DNA of 59,402 nt, the filler included, from Sphacelaria rigidula (taxonomy: Eukaryota), in NCBI GenBank assembly GCA_964200075.2. It is 10 parts of 10 records of this genome, joined end to end, with 100 filler letters (N's around TTAATTAATTAA, not from the genome) between each part and the next. Parts side by side here need not be neighbours in the genome. Positions count along the whole stretch, not along the records: positions 17,854 to 23,704 come from CAXNAA020023981.1; positions 23,805 to 29,654 come from CAXNAA020023982.1; positions 29,755 to 35,604 come from CAXNAA020023983.1; 7 more parts are not named here. The stretch is one strand, 5' to 3'. Position 1 is the first letter of the stretch, and each line of letters begins with the position of its first letter. The position numbers and the translations under genes are program-made. Below are positions 20,601 through 31,727 of the stretch, piece after piece. Under the pieces are notes generated by a model. That model saw only the letters and a list, made by a program, of their open reading frames with translations. It had not been told where the DNA came from and did no database searches.

Positions 20601-23520
20601 GGAAATTGACCGGCGATTATGCCGCTCAATTTTGGGTCGTTTTCAAGGAAATCTTGACACTATGTACAGGACGTATGTGCGAAGACCCCAGTCCCCCCCC
20701 CCCTGCTCCCTCTCGGGAAGGATTCGTTATCAATGATCCAACGACTTGAGCGAGCAACAAATGAGTACGCGCCCCCTGCATTTTTTTCATTAGCGGGAGT
20801 TGTTCGCGAGTAGTTCCGCAAAAACTGTTCTGAAATGCTACGTCGCCAATAGCTCACAAGAAGAGACAAGAAGGAGAGGAGGATACATGGGGCCTTCATA
20901 CATACGTCTTGTACATCGTGTCAGAATTTCGTAGTAAACAACCCAAAATTGAGCAGCATGATCCCGTTCTCGTGTCGAAAACCGGTTCCTATGCTGAGAT
21001 GGACCAGCTACGAATAATTGAAACGTGGCTATGCTGTTCAATTTAAAGTTTTTCCCCATATGATTTGGACACGATGTGCACGAGGTTCGTTTAATGACCC
21101 TATTGTCCCCCCCCCTGGCGTTTTTTTTCAATGAGTTGTCGACGATTTTGTACCGAAAAGAAAAATGTTCCGAAATTTGGATTATCACTAACTCACGACA
21201 AATAAAAAAGTGGAGGAGAAACGACAGGGGCGTTGTACATCGTGTCAAAATTTCACAGTAAAAGACTTGGAATTGAGCAGCGAGATCGCGCTTTTTCTGT
21301 CGAACACGAGTTGACCAACAACCTTAGTCGGAACTTTGACGTTCTCTACAAGCTTTTCTTCACCCACCTCTCACCGGTTCGCACATGACTACCAGACGCC
21401 TTGGCGCGCTGGGGGCCTCGTTTGCGTGCCATCTTGGACATTACGCGCTGCCTACAGTACGACATGCTTTGTTGCACAAGCACATCTTGTGTGGAGCACC
21501 ACGACCGCGGCACAACCGACTGTCACCGATAGCTCGACTCTTTGATGAAATACTCGAGTACCCCGTCCTTGATGAGCTGTTGCTCTCTAGTGATGATTTT
21601 TCATGTCCGTGTTTTTTTTTCCGCCGACAGTTCTTTGTTCAGTACCCTCGGTCATTTTCCGCTCCGAACGTCGTTTGCTGAGTCTTTCGCCTGTGCGGCA
21701 TGAGAAGACGTCTTTGGGTATGACGTTACAACCGTGGCAGCTACGTCGAATCTGTGGCACCATTTGTGTGAAGTTTTAGGGTAGAGTCAAGCAGACTCGA
21801 CATGCTAACACGAGCGAGTGATGACTGGTGATGGCTACCGCTGGGAGGTCTGTGGGTCTCACCTTGGTTGTCCCCACCTATGACAGGGAAAAATTGGCAT
21901 GAAGGGCGCGTTGTCATGCGCAGTTGCCGGAGTCACCGGAACGGCCAGCAAGCTGCAGAAGGCCTGGGCGGACGGTGATTTATTCACGGAGCCGTACAAG
22001 GTGACGAGACAGCACCTTGAAATATATTTCGGCCATATCTTCAAATGTGCCGGACCACACACGCGATGGATTGCGCATGTGTTTTGTTTTCGGATCTCTA
22101 CTTTCCGTAATCAGAGAGTGCGGGGTGGGTACCGGCGAATCCCCTCGGTCATTCGCTTCGTTTAGTTGAAATATCTCTGCTCACGGTGTGATCGACAGTA
22201 CAAATATGCATTTCCTTTCGTACAAGTCGAAGCTGGAACGATTATGATTGGGGGTGTTACTCACGGTGATGTACCTAACCTCTCTCCGTGGTCGATGGGG
22301 AATGTATTCTTCTCACGGTCATCAATACTTTTAAAAGGCGAGCAAGCCACCGATGGCCCTTTACTGTTTGATCGTGTGTTGGGATGATGGGGTGTTCTCG
22401 GTTGCCAACCCTAGGTGATGGCTCCACGGCACTACTTCGCTTGATTCTGTCACACAATATGGTGCCTGTCTGACAGTGACTTGCTCCGTCTGCCGTTTCG
22501 TATTTGTCACTTGCCAGCGGATAAAAGGCGTAAGTTTCCATTTTTTGTCCAGCTTTGTCTCATTCATGGTTCCCTCTCGTTCTTCCTATCTTCAACGTCT
22601 GCTATCGTTCATCTCTTCCTCATTTCTCTTTAGAATGCGCAAACATGTATTTGATTTCGGAAGATAATTTCGTGTTGTTACCGTAAGGTAGCTACTCGTG
22701 AGCCCATCGATTCGGATCTCACTATACTAGTGGTGTCAGTTGACACGGTGTACAGTTTTAGTTGGCACGAGTATATTGCGGTCGAAGACGATCGGTTGTT
22801 ATGGTTCATGTAAGAGAAAAATATCAAAACAAAATCACCACGCACATGTTTGCGCCCTCTTGCTTTTTTTTCTTGTCTCTTTTTTTTTCGTGCTTCTCCC
22901 TTTGTCTTCCTTCTCTTTCCCTTATTTTTTGTTCGATTTTCTATCTTGATTCTTGTTCTTGTTTTGTTTTGTCCGGTCTCCTCGTAGAGGTCGTGCTGCA
23001 GTAGCCTGTCGGGAGTTATCCCTCGAGACTTCAGCGAGAGCTCAGCCCAGAGTTTGTTGATATGTCCTCTCCTCTCATTTCCTCCTTTCCTTCTATTCTC
23101 TCTGTATCACTATTTCCTCCCTCATTTTCCTTCCTTCTTGCTTTCCCTTTCATCCTCTCCCTTGTCTAGAGTTCCCTTTACCGACCGGTTCCGTTCGTGT
23201 ACCGTGTCGACGCCTATCTTCTGCCGCGGCTGTAACCGTCGCAAATTCGTCAATGTGCAACAACCAATCACCCCACGAACCCCGGCATGTTCTGCGGTAG
23301 CGATTTACTTGTAAAAACCCCGAGCTCCTTCAATATCTGCCTCCAGGTTTAGGCCTCGAGCCCCTCCATCCGTCATCACCGCTGATTTAGTGGTGGACCC
23401 GCTGATATGAGACAATCAATCGATTATTCAAGCTTGACTACTTGTAATCCCACTCCTTCCTCGTGGAAATGGCTCTGTTCTTGTCTGTAATGCGCAATTT
23501 CGTCATCTGGACACCATCAG

Positions 23521-23704
23521 GTGAAGGAAGAAGCGGTGCCTAAGAGACGGACCGAAGACGTCCCAACCGTAGGGACAAAGGCACAAATAGCAAAAGTGGA
23601 GCCGACGCGGAAGAGCAGTGACACGGCGGTGGAACAACAGGGGGCAACGCCGAACAAGACAGATGTAGATCACGACAAAGCATCTGGACCAGAAAATGTG
23701 AAGC
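23521..23704 (+). CDS. Possible internal exon of a charged, low-complexity protein (cut by contig end)
   Basis: CATCAG| acceptor, then an open purine-rich frame VKEEAVPKRRTEDVPTVGTKAQIAKVEPT... No recognisable domain. Confidence 0.35.
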
Positions 23705-24962
23705 NNNNNNNNNNNNNNNNNNNNNNNNNNNNNNNNNNNNNNNNNNNNTTAATTAATTAANNNNNNNNNNNNNNNNNNNNNNNNNNNNNNNNNNNNNNNN
23801 NNNNCTCGAAAGGGATGCGTGGTCAATGGTCAAATGACTAAGGCAAGCAACAAATGAGTACGCCCCCCCTTTCTTGGGGGGGGGGGCTATCGTAGAAAGT
23901 GTCATAAAGGTAAATAGTGTCCATTGCAGCTAGTAGCTGCGCACTCGGCAAACAGCTACTTATTTGACACTCAGTGCCTTGCTACGCGTGTTGACCCTAC
24001 ACGCCAGCCAACCCCTTGACAAGACAAGCAAACCAGAAGAAAAAGTGAGTATCAGGAATCAGCCCATACCAATCTATCGGTGTGTCAACATATCGCTAAT
24101 CGTGTCAGTCAAGGAGGTGGTATTGTGCATGACGGACCTTTGCTGTTCGCATATACAGGTACATGGCCGGGGCGGGGAAATTTGTACGACGTCTGTGCAA
24201 TCCATCATGAAGAAGTGACCCAGCCCTAGCACGAGGGCCCCCAACGGATTCAACCAAACGGGTGAATGATTTTTCTGCGTCACAATACCAGTTGGCACAA
24301 GCCTACCTCTAGCATGGTCTTCGTGGTGCCACTTGAATCATGCTTCGTGCCGAAAACAGCCGATCGGATCGCCGAAATTCCCCGAAACTGTTTTTTTCAC
24401 CTAGGACCCCAACATTTCGGTTATCGAAATCGAAATTTGTACGACGTGTAGTACTTGCCAATAGCCACCACCAGGTGAAGTAATGGAACCACATCTCGAA
24501 GATTTGGTGTGGATACGAAGATCTTAATACTCTGGGTTCTCATTCTTAACGAAAAGCTCCATCCTCACTTTCGATGATCAGCTGTTCGTACGATGTCGCT
24601 CCTACCTCGTCCGTCACGGCTACTTACCCTAGTCAACGCAGCATCACGGTGACCCACGGTTGAGCACGTCCGGGTGCTCCATACTATCTTCCAATCATTT
24701 CCATCTAGTCATTTTCATATCGGCGGTCATTCTCTAGCGACTCTAAACCTCACAGCAAGCGACTCCGGCCTATCTCAACATTTTCTCGTACAGCTAGCGA
24801 CTCTAAAACTGAAAGTGTCCTGCGACGTGATTCGTATCAATCCTATGACCACTAGGATAGGTGGTGTGTTGAGTCGGTATCACTGACAGGTGGCATGCAG
24901 ACATGATTGAGTTCCCTTCATTAACAGAACAAATGAAAACAACACCTTCCTACTCAAAGTTC

Positions 24963-25234
24963 TGTGACGCCAGCCAGGCCAGCCAGTGGAAGCACTGTTG
25001 GATCCCTTCTGTTGAGGGACTTCCCAGTCTTACTGGTCTCAGTTTCAGTTATCAGTCTTTACAACATTCTCATTATCTAGAAGTGCCATTCCAGGGCACC
25101 AGCTTTCTAGACCTGCAGATACATACCATCTCCGTGTCCCCGATCATCATTCAGAACCCTTCAGAATCTCCGTGCCCCCCGTCATTATCCATATCATCAC
25201 TACCAACTCAACGTGACGGCGTATTTTCGTCACA
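24963..25234 (-). repeat. 3' LTR (272 bp)
   Basis: TGTGACG...CGTCACA inverted ends; colinear with 29204-29463. Confidence 0.9.
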
Positions 25235-25308
25235 GCACCCACAAAGTGCGTTGGACGAACATCGATCAACAAGCTTGGCACATATAAAACGCCAAAACGA
25301 TGAGGAAG

Positions 25309-25560
25309 TCACAATTGAATACCAAACTCACTCGAAATGCGAGCAGCAACGGCACGAGTCACGCGCAATTTACGCAACTTCTTAGTGAGAAATTCCGGAG
25401 CGGCCTCAAAAACATCCTTGAAAGGTTCCCACGGACTCTCCTCAACTTCGAAACCAACCCAGTCGACCAGCACGATCAAGGAACGATCGTCTGCTTTTGC
25501 CACTCGGACGATACCAGTCATTTGAAATTGCCCCTGATTGAAAGCATACTGGAACACGTC
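25309..25560 (-). pseudogene. Integrase C-terminal chromodomain
   Basis: FQMTGIVRVAKADDRSLIVLVDWVGFEVEESPWEPFKDVFEAAPEFL fits the chromodomain signature (L)VxWxGF...xWEP. Confidence 0.85.
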
Positions 25561-26775
25561 CTTAACGTCAGCCGTAACATTAACCTGCGAGTCTGCATAA
25601 AACACAAACGAGCTACGTGGGCGGTCTGAACACGACCGGAAACAATGTTCTGAATCTCAAACACGTGCGGTTGGTGAGCACCAACCACTCTCCACGGACC
25701 AGTCCACGTCGCTATCAACTTGGGCGTAACACCCGGACGACGCACGCGTGCATACAAGACATAGTCGCCTTCCTCAGAATTCGGCAGTTCCAACCCCGAC
25801 GAGGACCCCTCACGTCTACGCGCACGTTCAGCGGCAACACGTTCCTGCACTTGAACGTGCAACGTTCTTGCAAGTCCAAGACTCCTTGCAACGCACACTT
25901 AATTTGAACATCGTCGAAAATGTCACATTTCCCTTCCCCCGCCGACGAAGACGCCAGCACCGAGGAAGACGTCCGAGGAGTACGACCAAACATCACGTGG
26001 TAAGGCGTACTATCGTAACGACGACGATACGCTGTATTTAGCGCATATTTCACCGCAGGCAACACGTCCAACCACTCAGAAACCGCTCAACGCTGCTCCA
26101 GAAGAATAGAGAGGAGAGCACGAACTACTTTCTTGACCACGCGTTCGCACGTGCCGTTAGACCACGGAAAATACGCCACCGTAAACTGGTGATCAACGTG
26201 CAAAGCCTCTCGCAATCGGGCCAAGATCGCGTTCTTGAAATGCGTGCCGGTATCACTCGCCCACACACGCGGCACCCCCAAAGGTTTTCGCCAATTTGGC
26301 AAAGATGCAGCTGTCGATTTAGCAGTACACACTGCTACTGGTTCCAGATACACAAACTTGCTCAAATCATCCATGATTACCAAAATGTATCAAAACCCAC
26401 CATCCTCCGACAAACCTTGGGAAGCTAGCGGCCCACTCTCGCTCACGTACAAAAAGTTAAAACCATCCTCCGACAAACCTTGAAACGCTAGCGGCCCAAT
26501 CTCGCTCACGTACAGAAAGTCAAATGAACGACTTCATTCGTCGTGGTCCCATGGACCGTTTCGTCGAGCAAGCGGGGAACAACATCGCCCGCCCTCGAGT
26601 CAGCACAGTGAAGACACTGGCAGACATATTCGCGCACATGAGGTTCTACCCCCTGCCAGACACAACACCCTTGCAAGTGCACGAACGTCGAAGCCACACC
26701 ACGATGCCCGGCGTCGCGCATGTGCGCGCAAATCGTCAGACGTACCTGCAACTGCTTGTCAGACTTGGAATCCAC
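25561..26775 (-). pseudogene. Frameshifted retroviral-type integrase (HHCC, DDE core, GPY/F)
   Basis: AHMRDAGHRG...WQGVEPHVREYVCQCLHC (HHCC); IMDDLSKF...WASDTGTHFKN...PWSNGTCER (core); ALNTAY...TPYHVMFGRTP; GDYVL...KLIATWTGPWRVV...AHVARL (GPY/F). Confidence 0.9.
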
Positions 26776-27560
26776 AAAACGTTTTGGCTACGCACATGCA
26801 CACGAAACAGACCTTCATTGTCCAAGATAGCAGTACCAACGTCCGACTCGAAAGATTGCACATCCGCATCTTCGCCCCCAAGGTCTTTTCGCTGCGCTTG
26901 GCGGACAGCAGATTTGGACGGAATCGAGTCATCAGGTTCACACGGACCATACACAGCCACAGCGCGCACAGGCATTTGAATTTCAATTGTAGGCGCCTGC
27001 ATGTCCAAACTACCCCAATGGCACTCAGATGCATACGGAAACATTGGCACCTGACAATCAGGACGAGGGTGGAACAGTGTCACGGAATAAGCCACCAGAT
27101 CCTTCGCTGCCGCCCACGCCTGCAGCCTGCCCTCCGTCCACGATGCAGCCTTCTTCGGAAACGCCATACCTGGACTGGACCATCTCCCCTGCAAATTCCG
27201 TACTACTAACCCAAGCGCCAGAAGAGCCGCTATGCACGACGCCAACCAACTCGACTTCACCGGATCGTACCGCCGCGGCTTCGCCTTCACTGCGAACGCC
27301 CCAGGTTGTAGCTGAAGATGCATGGGCTCCACGCGCGCAGGGAGATCACCTCGCAGCGCACAACAAAACGCATTGACGCGGCAATGCAATACGCCGCGCA
27401 GGCGCTCCGCTTTTGAGACGCTGAGGCCTGTCGCCCCAGCACCCGTCACGCTCTCCTCCAGCGCGACCTTCCGAGCGGACTCCTCTTCCCCCGAAATCAT
27501 TGACATCTCCGGGCCGCGCTCTACCAAGCGTTCCACCGCCGCATCCCGCTCCTCGGTCAC
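26776..27560 (-). pseudogene. RT/RNase H remnant lacking the catalytic core
   Basis: The RT N-terminus (VEPMHLQLQPGA...KPRRYDP...LGLVVRN...WSSPGMAFPKK) joins directly to the connection/RNase H start (WTEGRLQAWAAAKDLV...LFHPRPD...FPYASECHWG). No YxDD present. Confidence 0.8.
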
Positions 27561-27662
27561 CTACCCCCCAGCTTCCTGAAAAGCATCCACCGACAAGCTC
27601 ACGCGACGACTGCCCAAAAGGGGGGGCGTCTCCACGTGCGGACCAGGCGGGTACATCCGCGT

Positions 27663-28060
27663 CTAGATGGAGTCCTTCAACCGCTCATACGGGTTGACTC
27701 TTAGATCCTGAAGCCTCGGCAACCCCAGAAGAACAACGCCATCCGACCCCGGCATAGGCGCAAACGAGATCGGAGGCAACGGCGCCATCCCCCGAGCAGT
27801 CTTAAAAGCTAGCTGCAACGGAACAGTACGCTCCGTGACAGCAACATGCTGACCCGACGCAGTGATTGCCTGCCGCGCCCCGAGCGAAACCGGAATGCGC
27901 AGCGGCACACCCGGGAGAAGACGCTCCAGTATCTCCACCATCTTCACCGACAAACTAGTGAAATGGGCGCCCAAACCCAACACAGACCGGACCACAATGG
28001 CTTCACGCTGCCGTTGATTCGCAAGACACAGCTCCGCAGGAATGTATCTGTCCGAAAAGT
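27663..28060 (-). pseudogene. Degenerate aspartic protease region
   Basis: VRSVLGLGAHFTSLS sits where (L)DSGA is expected, followed by the VVLLGLPRL (ILG-type) motif; located between gag and RT. Confidence 0.65.
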
Positions 28061-28093
28061 CCACCGGCCCTTCGTCCGCCGACCGATACGCCG

Positions 28094-28903
28094 CTAATCC
28101 CACTTGACGCCATGGCTGCGCAAGCTGCGCGGGCGAAGACGCCCCGGCAGGTTCACACGCCACCGCCGGCGGGTATGACCCCAGCCTGCAGACCAAGAAT
28201 TTGGCGAACTTCCGACCAGCGCGTCAGCAGGCGTCGCGCCTGGCGCTGCTGCCGGTGTCGCCGCCGGCGCCACCACCGGCGCCGGCGCAGTGTTCGACAC
28301 TGTTGAAGTCGGTCCCACCTGCACCGACCGTTGCGGAGCAGCAGCACCTACTTCGGCGCCGGACCCGAAACCAGACCTATGCTGATGACGCTGCCCCTGC
28401 TGCTGCTGCTGAGGACTCGACTGCGACCCTCCACCGCCGGAGGATCCGCCGCCACCACCCCGATTGCCTCGTATTTTGCCCTTATGCTGACGATGCTGAT
28501 GGCGCGCGGCATGAGACTGCCCAGACTCTCCACCGGAAGACGTTGGGCAATCGCGCGCGTAATGACCGACCTGGCCATGACAGTGGCAAGTGCCCGCCGC
28601 ATGCGCAGTATGCTTTTTGATCACCGCAACCAACTGCGGCGGGGTGATTGTGCTCTTTTCATGCTCCAAACGAGCAAACACTCTCTGCACATGAGTTGGC
28701 ACTTGTTGAGCCATTAGCACCACCTGATGCCGCACAGCACCCCCTGCGTTAGCGTGCTGCACATCCTTCTTGTACTCCAAATACTTCGTATAAAAAGTGC
28801 GAGATGCACTCTCTGAGTACCTATCCCCGTACTGGGGAGGTCGCAACTCTTCCCACATGACCACGGGTGTCACGGTGGACGTACCACGTGAGCCGGTAGC
28901 CAT
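28094..28903 (-). pseudogene. gag-like ORF with a degenerate CCHC zinc knuckle
   Basis: 269-aa ORF just inside the 5' LTR, containing CHCHGQVGHYARDCP and a Gly/Gln/Ala-Pro low-complexity linker. Confidence 0.8.
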
Positions 28904-29203
28904 AGCTGTAGCTGTAACCGGCTACCTGAGAACCTTTGCAGGCCAGCGGACCTTCGCGAATTGCACTTTCCTTGCTTCGTCGCCGCACCACACAGCCGTA
29001 GGAGCCTCCAAACTTCCGCTGCACGAAGCTTCAGCAAGTCTCCAGTCTGGATCAATCACAGGCCAGCCGGCTTTCTGCAGCTGCCTCAGTTGGAACCCTC
29101 TCCACGCGTCCGTGGTTTATCAGGTTTTCACAGCTACCAGACTCCTCCGCCGAAATCCTTTCCAGCAGGTTTCTAACACCAACTCTAGCACGAATATCGA
29201 TAT

Positions 29204-29463
29204 TGTGACGCCAGCCAAATGAAGGACTGGTGGATCACTGCTCTTGAGGGACTCCCCAGCCTTACTGGCCTCAGTTTCAGTTGTCAGTCTTTACAGCATT
29301 CCCATTACTCAGGAGTGACATTCCAAGGCACCAGCTTTCCTAGACCTGCAGGTACCATCTCCGTGTCCCCGGTCATTATTCAGAACCCTCTAGAACCCCC
29401 GTGCCCCCGGTCATTATTCATATCATCACTATCAACTCAACGTATCGGCATATTTCCGTCACA
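29204..29463 (-). repeat. 5' LTR (260 bp)
   Basis: TGTGACG...CGTCACA; homologous to 24963-25234 with many substitutions. Confidence 0.9.
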
Positions 29464-31457
29464 GGCTGTACATTCGTTGGGCGGCAATAATTTGGACATG
29501 TGTGACATATGCGTGTGGATGCGGCATGAGCCGAAGGCACTGTTGAACGCCGATGTACGTTTGGTCGGCGTAGGACATGTAACAGATTGAGAGTAAATGA
29601 TACGATTGAGAGTGAAAAGCGGTCAATCAGTGAATGAATCGTTTCACTTCCGAANNNNNNNNNNNNNNNNNNNNNNNNNNNNNNNNNNNNNNNNNNNNTT
29701 AATTAATTAANNNNNNNNNNNNNNNNNNNNNNNNNNNNNNNNNNNNNNNNNNNNGGACGATTTTCGCGGCGACTGAAAAAATCCAGGATCCGGCCAAGAG
29801 TAAAACTGGTAGTACGAAATATCGGACAAGCGCGCTGGAATCCTCGTGGAAAACAGAGCAAATCTTTCAGAGGGGCTCAAATCCGCCAAGGCCCGTATTC
29901 CTCCAATAACCCGAGGCGAAAGGTTTAAAAGGGCAGTTCTCAGACAAATTGTTTCAGTCTATAAAAAGCAGCCTCACAGCACATCTTCCCCAGTTTCACG
30001 AATGAACACGATGTAAGCACATCGCCGTGAACTGCAGACCCACCTGATGACAAAGAACTGCACCACTGTTCGATTGGCGTCGTATTGCCGATGACGTTAT
30101 TGTACTGCACAGAGTACGGGGTGCGCCTCATATCGTTGGGCGATAGCGTGTCGGAGTGTTTTTTTTTAATGCGGCGGGTTCACGTCAGTAATCACCCCGC
30201 TCTGGGTATCAGTGGGGTGCAGCAGCGTCACGCAAAATGTTGCACGCATGGCCCAGTTCGACGACTCTTGAGCTAACATTTCACGAAGAACTTTTGCACC
30301 CAAGGAAATGATACGTCCCGTGAGCAGCTGCAGATTCTCATTTTTAGCTGGACTTATGACTTATGACATGATCTTGTTTTTGCTGAAATTCCAGATCTCC
30401 ATAACTTCCTGTTTTTATTGGGGTTTTTTTTGCTGCTCTCGTGATGTTCTGTCAATCATCAAACGTTGCTGTCAAAATCTCAGCGTCCAACTCCTGATAT
30501 CGCGCCGTGCGTCGCCTGAGCAAGAAAACTACCCACCATTGACTGTTGCCTGGCCCAGCTCGTAGGGAGCCTCGTGATGGTTTCCTTTATATCTGTCGTA
30601 GAAAAGCTTAGATCGCCCTCAAGCGGTTCCGTAGGTATTGATGCCCCTAATGTAAGAAATGAATTCTTGATCATATTTCAAAGGTTCTCCGTCCCCCACC
30701 GGCTTCCGGGGGTCGCAGTATGAAGACCCCCGGAAGGCGGTACAGAATGCCTCAAGGGAAACACAATAGCATGACACGTCCCGAGATAGTCTAAGGAACA
30801 TATGCAGAAAGTTTGGTCGAGAAAACTGAAGAACCTCGTAAATAAAGTTGATCTTGCCTGGACATCAAATTGACCAAAAAAACGTTTTCAGACTTAAACC
30901 AGGTAGTTACGAGTTTGCACGTTTCAAGGTCACGTCCTCTCACAAAAGCGCAAAACTTCACGCCGCAATTACGAGTTAGGCGCTAAAACTTTGCACAAAT
31001 GTACTGAGGGCCATTACGCAACTTTCGATGGACGAGGTTTTTTCAACTTGTTGACTTTTGTGCGGTTTTTCGGGGGTCCGACGGGATCTAAGACGTTTTT
31101 CGAGGTATAGTCTACATTCTGGGACCCCGGAAAACCGGCCCACCGATATTTATTCACTTTTTCCGGGAAAGAGCTGTCGCCGCATAACCCAATGAAGGGC
31201 CCCAAAGTGTTTCGTAGCCAAACTCGACTAATTGATGCTTGGATTTTCATGGTCACGTCAAAGAAGGCCCAAAAACGTAATTTTCATACCAAAATCAAGT
31301 AGTTTGCGATTTCACCGTGGCACGGGAAAGTTCATCGCACAAACACCCAAAACTCCACGCCGTTTTTAGGAGTTAGATCCTGAAGTTACGGACAAATGTG
31401 GCATGAGCCATTAAGCAGCTTTGGATGAACGAGGTGTTTTCGTTTTTTCTCTTCTAC

Positions 31458-31727
31458 GAGTGATGCTACAGTAGGGGTACACAAATATTTTCTGAGGCAA
31501 GTCTGAGATTAGAATTGTTAGGAGCCCTTTATCTCATCATCCACAACACCACCTATGAAGATATGCGAGAGTACACCAGGATTCTTATCCCCATGAGCTG
31601 GGGATATCCCGAATTAATCTGCAAACGGGGATGCCCTGACCCATATTCTTGTGCGTCTAAAATCGTTAGGGTCTCCTAAACCAGACAAAAGTTTCGCGAA
31701 AAAAGTGCACCCCCCTACCACAGCATT
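31458..31727 (+). mobile_element. Sola2-like MITE copy
   Basis: GAGTGATGCTACAGTAGGGGTACAC ... GTGCACCCCCCTACCACAGCATT. The body matches the family (GCAAACGGGGATGCCCTGACCCATATTCTTGTGC). Confidence 0.82.

Larger units (their letters stand above)
24963..29463 (-). mobile_element. Degenerate Ty3/Gypsy LTR retrotransposon with a chromodomain (chromovirus-type), internally deleted
   Basis: Two homologous LTRs enclose, on the minus strand, gag (Zn knuckle), protease, RT/RNase H remnant, integrase and chromodomain, which is the Gypsy order. Several frameshifts and stops. Confidence 0.95.

Noticed and set aside
24903..25385. Paralogous ORFs 24903-25385 and 29219-29590
   Set aside because: The similarity comes from the two LTRs read antisense to the element.
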